From sequence record NC_023557.1: a stretch of DNA of 64,000 nucleotides; one strand, written 5' to 3'. Position 1 is the stretch's first letter. Each line of letters begins with the position of its first letter. Position numbers and translations under genes: made by a program. Below the pieces are notes generated by a model. The model ran no database searches. It worked only from the letters and a program-made list of their open reading frames with translations, and was not told the origin of the DNA. This document shows positions 27,204 through 36,706 of this stretch, piece by piece.

Positions 27204-27821
27204 ATGGCCTGGAATGGGTATGTCCTGGAATTCTTGGGCAATGACCTCGGGAAGTATTACCTGGGAATCAGTAACATCGATGCTAAGCAACAAGATGAGT
27301 TGATGCTTGCAGCATTACGTGCCGGTGGTCCTGCGTTACCAGTAGAAATCCAAACAGCCTATAAACAGATGGCTGAGAAAGAAGTCTTGCTGTTTACTCA
27401 TGTTCCGTTTAATGCGGAGTATGCGGTTGTGGAAGCCTGGCAGAATGATCACATTCATGCACAGTCTCTGAAAGCACGCCGGTTTCGATTCCCGAGTCAT
27501 CGACGAGAGACGCTGTTCCAATGCATCAATGCCGAACAGATCGTCAGTAAGATAAAGCAATTGCGCAGTCGAGTAACCGTGCAAGCCGGTATCCGCTTTG
27601 ATGGTTTTTATCATCCACAGCTGATGATGACAGACCAGCAATGGGTGCAGGAGCTGGAGATGCTCAATCAACTGCAATCGCTTTATTATTATCTGGGCGA
27701 TTTCATTGAGTTCTTTGATGAGGAGTTCAAGGAGTTCAAAGGTACCGAAAGTGTCAAAGCGTTACCGTACCGCAATCCTTATTTTATCAACTTAGGATTG
27801 CAGTTAAGTCAGATGTGTTAA
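27204..27821 (+). CDS. hypothetical protein (weak GIY-YIG-like N-terminus)
   Basis: GYVLEF..GKYYLGIS; family call weak. Confidence 0.6.
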   Translation: MAWNGYVLEFLGNDLGKYYLGISNIDAKQQDELMLAALRAGGPALPVEIQTAYKQMAEKEVLLFTHVPFNAEYAVVEAWQNDHIHAQSLKARRFRFPSHRRETLFQCINAEQIVSKIKQLRSRVTVQAGIRFDGFYHPQLMMTDQQWVQELEMLNQLQSLYYYLGDFIEFFDEEFKEFKGTESVKALPYRNPYFINLGLQLSQMC

Positions 27822-27873
27822 CCCTCCTACCTTGGCCTATCATGGCCGCTTACTAAAGCAAAGAGAGATTACC

Positions 27874-28503
27874 ATGAATATCATCAACACTGTATGTGAA
27901 CTGACCAACATCTCCATCGCCATCAGCATCACCCATGATGAGGAGGTGAACTCCACCCTAGTGGCATTGGATATCAACAATGTCCCGTTCTTCAGCTACC
28001 AGTGGGGTCAGGTAACCAAAGGTCAGCGTAAAGTCCAGCTGGGTGCTACAAGTCATGGCCTGAGTGCGTTGTATCTGCACCTGCATCACAATGTCATCGA
28101 CAGCCGTAACACCGACATCGCCCAGTGCTATCTCACCAACCGGGATGAGATCTTAGCCGTAGTACGAGACCTTGGTGTGATCTTTAATGGCACTGAGTGG
28201 ATTGAGAAACTCGATATCTCGCATTACCGTCTGGCAATCGAAGAGCAGTTCCCAGGGGAAACCAAAGCAGTGATGGTGCTGACCAGCAAGGGTGATGAAC
28301 ACCGCGCGGCGTACACTTTCACTGCTAACAATTTAGGTGACCTTATGGGGACCGGGATCAAGCGGGGTGAGACGGTGGTGTTGAGCGGGCACAACAGCCG
28401 GTTTGTTCACGACTACGCATCCACTGTAGTGCCGCCTCAGATCAGCGATGTTATCAGCACTCATGCCGATACATTGAAAGCCCGTTTTCCGGCGTTAGTT
28501 TAA
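27874..28503 (+). CDS. hypothetical protein
   Basis: GAGAG RBS, 209 aa. Confidence 0.7.
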   Translation: MNIINTVCELTNISIAISITHDEEVNSTLVALDINNVPFFSYQWGQVTKGQRKVQLGATSHGLSALYLHLHHNVIDSRNTDIAQCYLTNRDEILAVVRDLGVIFNGTEWIEKLDISHYRLAIEEQFPGETKAVMVLTSKGDEHRAAYTFTANNLGDLMGTGIKRGETVVLSGHNSRFVHDYASTVVPPQISDVISTHADTLKARFPALV

Positions 28504-28536
28504 TCTCCCCTTTTCCTTCTATTTAGAGAAACCGTT

Positions 28537-30177
28537 ATGCACATTCAAGATATGACCTTTCACCTTCGCGTAGACACTCACGTTAACCCCGGGCCAACTT
28601 ACAATACCCTGCGTCTTGTTAACCAGGATGAAGCTGTGGTGATCGAGCACCCGATCACCATTGGTGCCCTGAACGACATGAGTAATGGCGGGGATTACGA
28701 TAGCGACGAGTTTAAGAAAGCAGCAGCAGCTTTTCTGTATACCGCTTATCTCTACACTCGTGATTACCCAGAAGGTAAAGGCGCGGCAAGCTACGACTTC
28801 CATCGTACAGCTGGTATTATTCTGGCGCAATATCTGGATGAAGAGCATCTGGGTGAGTTTGAGCCCGATGACTGGAACCGGGAAGAAATCAGGGTGCCTG
28901 GAAACCCAGATGGTGTCAGTGCCTTTGTGTTCAGCAACGATGGCTCCGATATCAACATCCGTATCTATCGCCAAGACCGCGGTCTGGTGAATGAGCGTCT
29001 GTTTACCTACAGTGATGAAGAGACGGTTCCTTCTATTGAAGAGATGCTTGCGCAGTGGGATGCTGATATTGCCCCTACCGCCGATCCGGTACAGGAAAAC
29101 GCAGCCAGCATCTCGTTTGGCGACGTCTCCTTTATTTACAGCCTGGACATGAGCAAGGAAGGGCGTGAGCAACGTAAAGCTATCATGCAGGTGGTAATTG
29201 GTGATCGCCTGGTGGCACAGCAGAAAGTCCATGAGAACACCCAACCGCTCATGTATTACATGATGGAAGTGTTCAACATGCTGGCGCTGCGTATGACCGT
29301 GGGTCCGGTAGAAGGCATTAACGCGCAAGACCGGGTAACCTTACTGACAGCTATCAGCGGGTTTGTGGGCGGGCATTTAGCGATGCCAGATCAGGTGCAG
29401 ATCGCAGAAGGTATGCAGTACATGCACGAAGGTGCGATCAGTGACGAAGTAACCTACATGGTTTCACATCAGCTGATTGCCGACAACCATCTGCGGGCGA
29501 CCTACCAGTTCAATACCGTGGTCGATGAAACGATGCGTCGTTCAATCACCATGTGTGATGAAGTGAGCTACCTGGAAAACCCGATGAGTCCACAGGCGTT
29601 CTTCACTGCGTATCAGGCAGACCTCAGCCGTGAGCTGAAACTGTCTCGGATGTTTGACATCGCAATGATTGCGGCCATCGATCGCGGTCAGGGTCTCGGT
29701 AAAGATAACGAACTGCTGTATCGTATCAAAGAAGACATGAAGTACTTCAAAGAGATGACACTGCATTCACCGGTGATCATGGGACGGAAAACATATGAGT
29801 CGTTACCGAACCCGTTGGTAGATCGTCTGAACATCGTTATCACTACCGCCCCGACCAACACCTATACCACCCGCTCAGGTGTGGTGTTCGTCAACAGCAA
29901 AGAAGAAGCCCTGTTGCACGCGAAAGGTTATCTGGCTGAACATGGCGGTGATAAGATCTGGATCATCGGAGGCGCGAGTATCTATGCTGCATTCCTGCCG
30001 GATGCCAAAGAGATCCATCTGACCACCATCGGCACTGAGCGTGAAGATGCTGATACGTTCTTCCCGGAAGTTGATCTGCGTCAGTTTAACGCTGCACGTC
30101 AGTTTGAGGAAGACCAGGTGTTCGAGCGTGAAGGTGAAACCTTTGGCTACAACCGCGTCATCCTGACCCGTAAGTAA
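28537..30177 (+). CDS. dihydrofolate reductase fused to about 380-aa unknown N-terminal region
   Basis: C-terminal IAAIDRGQGLGKDNEL, EDMKYFK, VIMGRKTYESL, RLNIVIT, IIGGASIY, ADTFFP; one continuous ORF. Confidence 0.9.
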   Translation: MHIQDMTFHLRVDTHVNPGPTYNTLRLVNQDEAVVIEHPITIGALNDMSNGGDYDSDEFKKAAAAFLYTAYLYTRDYPEGKGAASYDFHRTAGIILAQYLDEEHLGEFEPDDWNREEIRVPGNPDGVSAFVFSNDGSDINIRIYRQDRGLVNERLFTYSDEETVPSIEEMLAQWDADIAPTADPVQENAASISFGDVSFIYSLDMSKEGREQRKAIMQVVIGDRLVAQQKVHENTQPLMYYMMEVFNMLALRMTVGPVEGINAQDRVTLLTAISGFVGGHLAMPDQVQIAEGMQYMHEGAISDEVTYMVSHQLIADNHLRATYQFNTVVDETMRRSITMCDEVSYLENPMSPQAFFTAYQADLSRELKLSRMFDIAMIAAIDRGQGLGKDNELLYRIKEDMKYFKEMTLHSPVIMGRKTYESLPNPLVDRLNIVITTAPTNTYTTRSGVVFVNSKEEALLHAKGYLAEHGGDKIWIIGGASIYAAFLPDAKEIHLTTIGTEREDADTFFPEVDLRQFNAARQFEEDQVFEREGETFGYNRVILTRK

Positions 30178-30232
30178 TTTAACCCCCTGGGGAGGCAACT
30201 CCCCATTCTTGTCTATAAAGGAAACATTTCTC

Positions 30233-30865
30233 ATGGCGATTGAAAAAGCAGCAGTACCGGCAAATGTAGTTGAGATCACTGGCAAGACCCTGGACCAGGC
30301 CCGCGGTGATATCCCGAACGCCATCATGTTACTGGACAGCAATACGGTCGATGTGCGCTACACCCCGGCATTCAATAAACTACCTGCTGATCTGCAACAC
30401 GTCATCCTGGTTGCACAGACCGGTAACCCAGTGATCTCATTAGAGCGCCCACTGGATGCGACCGGAAAGGTTGACGCGACCAACCCGAACATGGTGATTG
30501 CCGCAGCAGTACAAAAAGATGGCCAGCCATTAGGGATCTACCACCCTGCTCTGATGGGTCGTCTGCGTCAAATTCCAAACGGCTATCTGCTTTATACCCA
30601 CTACCACACCAGTAGTAAAGCGGACTTCTCTTATCCGGCGTTTGAGAAAGCCTTGGCGGAATATTGCATGCTGGCGTTTGCGTTAGGTACGAAAGAGCAA
30701 CCGGTGGTAATTAACATGCCCGGTCTGCAATGTGCCAATAGCTTCGTCTGGGAAGAGATCAACGGTGAGCGTGTACCGGTACTGAACCCACGTCATCTTG
30801 AACGTGTGAAAGAAGTCATTGCTAACACCATGTTCGCCGGGTCAACGGTTTATCTGGTGCTGTGA
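30233..30865 (+). CDS. divergent macrodomain-like protein
   Basis: LYTHY, SYPAFEKAL, INMPGLQC...WEEI follow the phage macrodomain C-half pattern; N-half degenerate. Confidence 0.45.
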   Translation: MAIEKAAVPANVVEITGKTLDQARGDIPNAIMLLDSNTVDVRYTPAFNKLPADLQHVILVAQTGNPVISLERPLDATGKVDATNPNMVIAAAVQKDGQPLGIYHPALMGRLRQIPNGYLLYTHYHTSSKADFSYPAFEKALAEYCMLAFALGTKEQPVVINMPGLQCANSFVWEEINGERVPVLNPRHLERVKEVIANTMFAGSTVYLVL

Positions 30866-31056
30866 TGAAAGCGTGCCCTCTCTGTGCTTCATCGGCTAAG
30901 ACCTACAAATACGCGTTAGTGTTCTGGGGTGTGCGTTGTACCAGCTGTATGTTGTTCCTCAAAGATATGAACACCTCTGAGGCGGCGGCTATTCGTCAGT
31001 GGGATACGCGCATTACCCCCGAAGAGAAAGCAGCAAAGAAACGCAAGAAAGCTTAA
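30862..31056 (+). CDS. Lar-family restriction-alleviation-like Zn protein
   Basis: KACPLC..VRCTSC..SEAAAIRQWDTR. Confidence 0.7.
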   Translation: MMKACPLCASSAKTYKYALVFWGVRCTSCMLFLKDMNTSEAAAIRQWDTRITPEEKAAKKRKKA

Positions 31057-31077
31057 CCCCTGGATAAAGGAGTCATC

Positions 31078-31392
31078 GTGCTGAAAAGAACAGTACTGAG
31101 TTTGGTCACCTGCTTTATGCTATCGGGCTGTGGAATGGCAGAATCCGAAGATGTGCCGGTCAAATCGGTTGAGGGTGTTGTGATCAGCGATGAGGTCTGT
31201 CAAGTCGGTCAAAAGTGTGAGGCAGTGATTGCCCGCGATCAAACCGCCTGGACATACCAGATTGCAGAAGGGCCTTTTAAGAAAGGCACGGTGCTTTATA
31301 AAGCGTGTGCATATCACCGTACACACGAGCGCTGCAGTTCGGTTTGGTCACCCACTCCCGATCGGTTTATTCCGCCGGAGTCAAAGAACTAA
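31078..31392 (+). CDS. lipoprotein
   Basis: AGGAG RBS, GTG start, lipobox LSGC. Confidence 0.75.
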   Translation: MLKRTVLSLVTCFMLSGCGMAESEDVPVKSVEGVVISDEVCQVGQKCEAVIARDQTAWTYQIAEGPFKKGTVLYKACAYHRTHERCSSVWSPTPDRFIPPESKN

Positions 31393-31452
31393 TTTGTAAC
31401 CACGGCGTGTCATGCGCCGTTTTAATTTAACCCTGCTGTAAGGTAACTCACC

Positions 31453-32541
31453 ATGAAAGACTCAGAACACCAAGATACTACAATTGATAATGTCTCTCAG
31501 TATGCGGGAGAACTGGCGGACCTGATTGAAGAGTTTGTGGCAGACCGATTTACCTTAATGGATGATGCGGTTCTTGAATCCCTTTATGCCGACTTACCGG
31601 ATGTCACCTATTTGAAAGGTGTGGTGAAAGGCTTACGTCGAAACCTGATGCGGCAGGCAGCGTCGATCAATGTCGAAGACACATACCCGAAAGTTATGGT
31701 GTTTAAAGAACAACCGTTAACCGCTGAGGATATCAAAGAGATTATCCAGGCCGATTGCCCGGACATGCCGGCGGATGAAGTTACACAAACCGTAACAGAA
31801 GTCATCACGGCAACTGATGAAGACGACGATGACGATAACAGCGAAGCGCTGCGTCTACGGGAAAGCAACAAACCGGAACATATCCCAAGCCTTGATGAAC
31901 TGATGCAAGCGGAGGGGAAAGGTTGGGGTTCGGTGAGTGCGGTGATCACACCCCCGCCAGTCATTGAACCTGCTCGTCCTGCAAGACCATCGCGCGCTGA
32001 ACGCTTTGGCACCTCAAACGTTGAGTTAGCTGAATTACTGAGCCAGGCCAAACCGGGCAGTGTGTTCTCTGTTGACACCATTAAATCTGCAAAAGATAAA
32101 AACCTGGTGTTGGTGAAATCCCCCGAGACAAAACACTTTGAACCCCTGCGTTTGTTAGAACGTTCTGATCCGCAATATTACCAATACATGTGGCCAGCTT
32201 TATTCGAAGCCCTGGAAGCTGTGTTGAATGACACAAGCTTAACGGTGAATCGGATGCGTCGTCTGGATGAGGAGATGCTTGCGCGCTTTGGTGATACCTT
32301 AGCTGCCGCGGTCACGACTATCCTGAGTATTGGTAATCACGATCTGTTGATTAAAGAGAACGTCAACTATTTCATGCAGCAATGCAATGACCGTGGACTG
32401 GATATCAAGCTCTATATGGGCGCCAAGGTTTATAAGCAAGGTCGCTGGACTGACACCTGGATCGATGCATCATTACAAACCCCTAAAGGCAAGTTTATCT
32501 TTGGTACCCCGGAGGTGGATGTGGTATGGCAAGCGAAATGA
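31453..32541 (+). CDS. hypothetical acidic protein
   Basis: 362 aa, AAGGT RBS. Confidence 0.75.
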   Translation: MKDSEHQDTTIDNVSQYAGELADLIEEFVADRFTLMDDAVLESLYADLPDVTYLKGVVKGLRRNLMRQAASINVEDTYPKVMVFKEQPLTAEDIKEIIQADCPDMPADEVTQTVTEVITATDEDDDDDNSEALRLRESNKPEHIPSLDELMQAEGKGWGSVSAVITPPPVIEPARPARPSRAERFGTSNVELAELLSQAKPGSVFSVDTIKSAKDKNLVLVKSPETKHFEPLRLLERSDPQYYQYMWPALFEALEAVLNDTSLTVNRMRRLDEEMLARFGDTLAAAVTTILSIGNHDLLIKENVNYFMQQCNDRGLDIKLYMGAKVYKQGRWTDTWIDASLQTPKGKFIFGTPEVDVVWQAK

Positions 32542-32843
32542 TTGAATGGGAAAAGCTCTTTAACTCACTAAAAGCGATTGAACAAAGCGACCAGGTCTGT
32601 GACTTACCGACACGCAATCTGTCGGTCATGATGGCACAGCGGCGTCTCAAGGCAGGATTGCAACGCTCAGTGAAACGGGTGGATGCGATTATGAGTGCAC
32701 AGGTACAAACCGATGAAGCGTACGATGAACTGATGCATCGACTGCAAGCGCTGGCATTGCCTGTAACTGTGACGCGCTTTACCGGTGGGAAGTGGAATCA
32801 TGGAGTGATCAGAACCAAGAAAGGTACGATCATGTATGGTTAG
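32538..32843 (+). CDS. hypothetical protein
   Basis: ATGA overlap with previous stop. Confidence 0.7.
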   Translation: MIEWEKLFNSLKAIEQSDQVCDLPTRNLSVMMAQRRLKAGLQRSVKRVDAIMSAQVQTDEAYDELMHRLQALALPVTVTRFTGGKWNHGVIRTKKGTIMYG

Positions 32844-33156
32844 AAATAATGTTGTCTCTATTTATAAACCGACGTTTCGTAAACGTCTCGCTGTGGACCC
32901 GATGGTACTCATCGCCGAGTTGCAGCATGTCTTTACAGTGATTGAACTGTGTAAAGCATCTAACAAATATGACCATCGTGTGTATGGTAAATTGCTGAAA
33001 GATGAGGTACAATTAGTTCGTGACTGTGCAGCGGTGCTTGTACGACATGTGCAGACACCATCCATCGTGCAGATGTTGCAAACCGCAATTACCCACGAGA
33101 AGCCGGTTGAGTTGATTGCAGCCCGACACGGTGAGTTTTTACAATTGATAAATTAA
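32836..33156 (+). CDS. hypothetical protein
   Basis: Overlaps previous stop, 106 aa. Confidence 0.7.
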   Translation: MVRNNVVSIYKPTFRKRLAVDPMVLIAELQHVFTVIELCKASNKYDHRVYGKLLKDEVQLVRDCAAVLVRHVQTPSIVQMLQTAITHEKPVELIAARHGEFLQLIN

Positions 33157-33182
33157 CCCCTGAGTATAAGGAAAATAAAAAT

Positions 33183-33473
33183 ATGGCTAAGAAGATTACC
33201 GCAGCAGCTTTAGAGAAAGACATCTTTGATCACGAAGGCATCCGTGTCATCTTCCGTGTACCAACTGGTAAGCGCATTGCTGAACAGAAATACACTGAAG
33301 TCTTCACGAATCGTTCGCCAAAGAACTACACGTTAAAAACCTTACGCGAACGCATTGTCCGTGTGGTGGGCGAGAACATTGAGTTCTCCATCATCACAGG
33401 CGGTGGCGAGATTGCAAACGGCAATTACAAGATCGGTAACTTACGCACCACCTACGAAGTAATCGAAGAGTAA
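33183..33473 (+). CDS. conserved hypothetical protein, possible beta-grasp-like fold
   Basis: AAGGA RBS; EGIRVIFR..T...LRERI..G.G..G..KIGNLRTTY. Confidence 0.7.
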   Translation: MAKKITAAALEKDIFDHEGIRVIFRVPTGKRIAEQKYTEVFTNRSPKNYTLKTLRERIVRVVGENIEFSIITGGGEIANGNYKIGNLRTTYEVIEE

Positions 33474-33478
33474 TAGAC

Positions 33479-33518
33479 GGCATAAGAGGAGGAGCATTTG
33501 CTCCTCCTCTGTTTATGC
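33479..33518. terminator. bidirectional hairpin with TTATGC tails on both strands
   Basis: GGCATAA-AGAGGAGGAGC..GCTCCTCCTCT-GTTTATGC between convergent genes. Confidence 0.75.
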
Positions 33519-33528
33519 TGCTTTTTTT

Positions 33529-34368
33529 TTATCCCGCGACTACAGTCTGGTCGGCAGTTAATGCAGAAGGGAAGCTTCGACCTTTACCCCAGATGATACG
33601 AATCCCGCCTGTACCTGGTGTATACGCACCTCCCATCCCAGCGGCGCCACCGAATCGCCCACCGGTACCACCATTTGCGGCTGTACCGGCAGACCCGGCT
33701 TTACCAAACTGCGTAATTGTACCACCTGCTCCGGATGTGCTGCCGATTGAGATATCCCCACTGGTACCTTCGCCGTAGAGACCAACACCCCCGCCCCCGG
33801 CACCATAACGGTTACCGTTGTAAGACCAACCAGCACCACCGCCACCGCCACCTCCTTTACCGGCCTGACCATCCACTGTAGGACAGCCACCCATTCCGCC
33901 ATCACCGGAGTAGCCACCTGCGCCACCGCCACCGTTATTGGTGCCGGCAGTCTGTCCACCCAACCCACCGTTTCCACCACCGAGAAGAGGTAGACTAATG
34001 GGGGTACTGGTGCTGGTCGAATCACCACCCCTGGCTAGCAACAAGACCGTATTGCCCCTTAAGAGTTTACTGTCGTTGCCGGTCATGTCACCAACGATCA
34101 GGGTCAGAACTTCACCCGGGGTCACTTTCAAACGGTTCACATAACGTAGATCGCCACCACGCGCACCGATATGAGGCGTGCCGGTAAGTCCTTTGCCACC
34201 TGAGCCAACCGCCACAGCACAGATATCAAACACGCCGGCAGGTACCGTCCAAGAGGTGGTCCCGCTGGTTGCAAATATCTGCTGACCTACCGCAGTGGTG
34301 TCACTATCCGGTAACGGGCCTCCCCCGGATACTGGTCGGTAACTTGAGTTCAGTAACAGTTCAAACAC
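33529..34368 (-). CDS. glycine-rich virion/tail-fibre-associated protein
   Basis: GTG start MFELLL after AAGGAG; paralog of 21251..22033. Confidence 0.75.
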   Translation of the reverse strand: MFELLLNSSYRPVSGGGPLPDSDTTAVGQQIFATSGTTSWTVPAGVFDICAVAVGSGGKGLTGTPHIGARGGDLRYVNRLKVTPGEVLTLIVGDMTGNDSKLLRGNTVLLLARGGDSTSTSTPISLPLLGGGNGGLGGQTAGTNNGGGGAGGYSGDGGMGGCPTVDGQAGKGGGGGGGAGWSYNGNRYGAGGGGVGLYGEGTSGDISIGSTSGAGGTITQFGKAGSAGTAANGGTGGRFGGAAGMGGAYTPGTGGIRIIWGKGRSFPSALTADQTVVAG

Positions 34369-34377
34369 GGTAACTCC

Positions 34378-36501
34378 TTACCAGCTAAATGCTTTATTGG
34401 CACGTGGCATAGTCACTTCCATTGGGATGTCTTCCGTGACGAGCTCTTGGCTTTCCAGATCGTCTAACCACGCTTCCATTCCTGCTGAGAGGAACTGGTG
34501 CTCGTGTGCACTTTCTTCAAACGATTCCAACCCTACTGCTTCAGCGATCTCTTCAACTTCAACGTTCGAACCATAACGGTCCAAACCCATCAGTGCATCG
34601 ACCTGAGACTTCGACCAGGCCATGATGTCTTCTGAGCGTGTTGAGATGTTCGGCATGGCACCGGTATCCAATACGAAGTTAAAGATGTACACTTCGTCTT
34701 CCTGACCAATACGGTGCATACGTGAAACAGCCTGCTCGTAGTGGTGGAAGCGGAAGGGTTTGTTCAGCATGAGACCACAGTTTGCTTCAGTCAGAGGTAC
34801 GGCTTCTGCCAGTGAGCGGAAGGTGGCGATCCCGGGGTTAACGTCTTCAGAAGCACGGAACGACTTCACCATCTCAACCAGGTCTTTGTTGGTATCGCCG
34901 TAAACCACGACGGGCTTATACCCCAGACCCCGACAGATCAACGCCATGGTTTCCAGCGCGGGCACAAAGTCAGTGAAGATCAGGGTCTTCTTCTTGGCGT
35001 TGTCAATGTAGGTGCCGAACGGAATCGCTTCAGCAAGCTCTACGTGACACATGGTGCGTTCTTTACCCAACACCCTACCCAGACACTCCCCTTTGATCTT
35101 CAAGTCCACATACTTGATTACAGAGCGGGCATCTTTGAACGTCTTACGCATATGGTCCGGGAGCACCGGGATGATACGCTTGAGTTCGTACTCGTTACAA
35201 TACTGACTCATGTAGGCCATCGAGTAGGGATCAAACCCCTGGGTGACAAACGTGTTCACATATTGGTTGTAGAGTTTGAAGTCCTCTTTCTCTTTGGGGG
35301 AGTGCAAGGTCTTCTCATACCACCCCAGTGCATCGTCGTAGATTTTCTGGTAGGCCGGCTTGTTGTCGGTATAGAACTTAAACCGCTCTTGAATGAACGC
35401 CATCATGATCCGTTGGATGTTATCCAGAGTATAATGCGCACCATTCTTAATCTTGATCTTCACCGTCATCTCGATCGGCTTGGTGGTCATGAACTTCGAC
35501 TTCGGTACTGAGAAGCTCACAATCCCCAATCGGTTCGCCAGGATGTCGTTGGCTTTGGTGGCGGTCTTGCCCCAGATTTTACGCATCGCTAATTCAACAT
35601 CATTAGTGAAACCGGGGATCAGGGTACGGAACAACGGTACAGCTTCAGTGCCCATTGCGGTCAGCGCAGTACCGGAAGCCCAAACGATATCCTGCGACCC
35701 TGAGGTCTGGCAGAGTTCCACAAACAGGTTGGTGCGAATCGACTCTTTGGTTTTCTGGTTTAAGTTGTGTGACTCATCGAGGATAATCCCGACGTTAGGT
35801 AGACGCAGCTCTTTCACCATCTTCACCACTTCGTCCAGGCGCTCGTAGTGCGCAACGATCCATTTGGTGCCTTTACGGTATGGTTGGTCATACTCCGCAA
35901 CCCAGACCGACTCCTCTGTCGTAAGTTCTGTGGTGATCGTGCGCTCCCAAACATCGCGTGTGGCTTTCTTGGGGGCAATGACAATCACGTAATCTTTCTT
36001 ACGACAGAGCATGGTCATGATACTGCAGAGCGTCTTACCGGCACCGGGGGCGGCAGAGAGTAAAGCACCGCGCAGGCCGTAACGTGGGATCACGGTGTTG
36101 TAGTAGTTCAGCCAGTTGCGTTGTTCAGGTAGTGGGGTCTTCTTAACGTACTTCAACTGGTTCAGGTCGATGATATCTTCATACTGCTCCTCGAGATTGC
36201 GCATCCAGGTGTTCTTGCGCAGCAGCTCCAGGATCTTACCCAGACCCCGACGATCTGACCAGGTCTTATCGTGTTCGTAGAGTTGCTTTAAGATGTACTC
36301 GACTTCGATGGCAAAGAAGCTGTTAAAGCTGATCTTGTTCTGGGTTACCTCTCGAAAGAGATAGCCGGCAATTTTACTGGTCTTCCAGACCTTGAGAATA
36401 TCGCGCGTTGCCAGTGGGGCATTAAAGCCAGTGATGGTAATGATATCGTTTTTCTCTTCGACGTTAATGAACCCTAACGCCCGACGCAGGTAGTCAAACA
36501 T
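34378..36501 (-). CDS. SF2 (SNF2-like/DExH) helicase, phiKZ-type
   Basis: APGAGKT, ILDESHN, SGT, EQAVSRMHRIGQ. Confidence 0.9.
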   Translation of the reverse strand: MFDYLRRALGFINVEEKNDIITITGFNAPLATRDILKVWKTSKIAGYLFREVTQNKISFNSFFAIEVEYILKQLYEHDKTWSDRRGLGKILELLRKNTWMRNLEEQYEDIIDLNQLKYVKKTPLPEQRNWLNYYNTVIPRYGLRGALLSAAPGAGKTLCSIMTMLCRKKDYVIVIAPKKATRDVWERTITTELTTEESVWVAEYDQPYRKGTKWIVAHYERLDEVVKMVKELRLPNVGIILDESHNLNQKTKESIRTNLFVELCQTSGSQDIVWASGTALTAMGTEAVPLFRTLIPGFTNDVELAMRKIWGKTATKANDILANRLGIVSFSVPKSKFMTTKPIEMTVKIKIKNGAHYTLDNIQRIMMAFIQERFKFYTDNKPAYQKIYDDALGWYEKTLHSPKEKEDFKLYNQYVNTFVTQGFDPYSMAYMSQYCNEYELKRIIPVLPDHMRKTFKDARSVIKYVDLKIKGECLGRVLGKERTMCHVELAEAIPFGTYIDNAKKKTLIFTDFVPALETMALICRGLGYKPVVVYGDTNKDLVEMVKSFRASEDVNPGIATFRSLAEAVPLTEANCGLMLNKPFRFHHYEQAVSRMHRIGQEDEVYIFNFVLDTGAMPNISTRSEDIMAWSKSQVDALMGLDRYGSNVEVEEIAEAVGLESFEESAHEHQFLSAGMEAWLDDLESQELVTEDIPMEVTMPRANKAFSW

Positions 36502-36579
36502 AAATGCCCCTTAGGAAAGTTAAATCATACTAATGTGATCTATAAAATAACGTGCGATATAGAATCTATATTTTTACAT

Positions 36580-36598
36580 ACCTACATTACGGTAGTGA
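36580..36598 (+). promoter_or_regulatory. putative phage early promoter
   Basis: ACCTACATTAC-ggta-GTGA. Confidence 0.65.
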
Positions 36599-36614
36599 TA
36601 TGTTGTACAACATA
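36599..36614. promoter_or_regulatory. 16-bp perfect palindrome, possible operator
   Basis: TATGTTGTACAACATA directly after the promoter motif. Confidence 0.45.
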
Positions 36615-36706
36615 AAACATATTAGTTGGGTATACTAAAGTTTTATTAGATCCACTACACTTTCGAATAGTGTTTTAGTATACAACCAACAACTTGGAGG
36701 TCCACT

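Noticed and set aside
27204-27821. GIY-YIG homing endonuclease
   Set aside because: Only a loose N-terminal resemblance; the conserved Arg/Glu/Asn could not be placed and it is not inserted in a core gene.
28519-29328. 269-aa minus-strand ORF
   Set aside because: Antisense to the DHFR-fusion gene; no independent coding signals.
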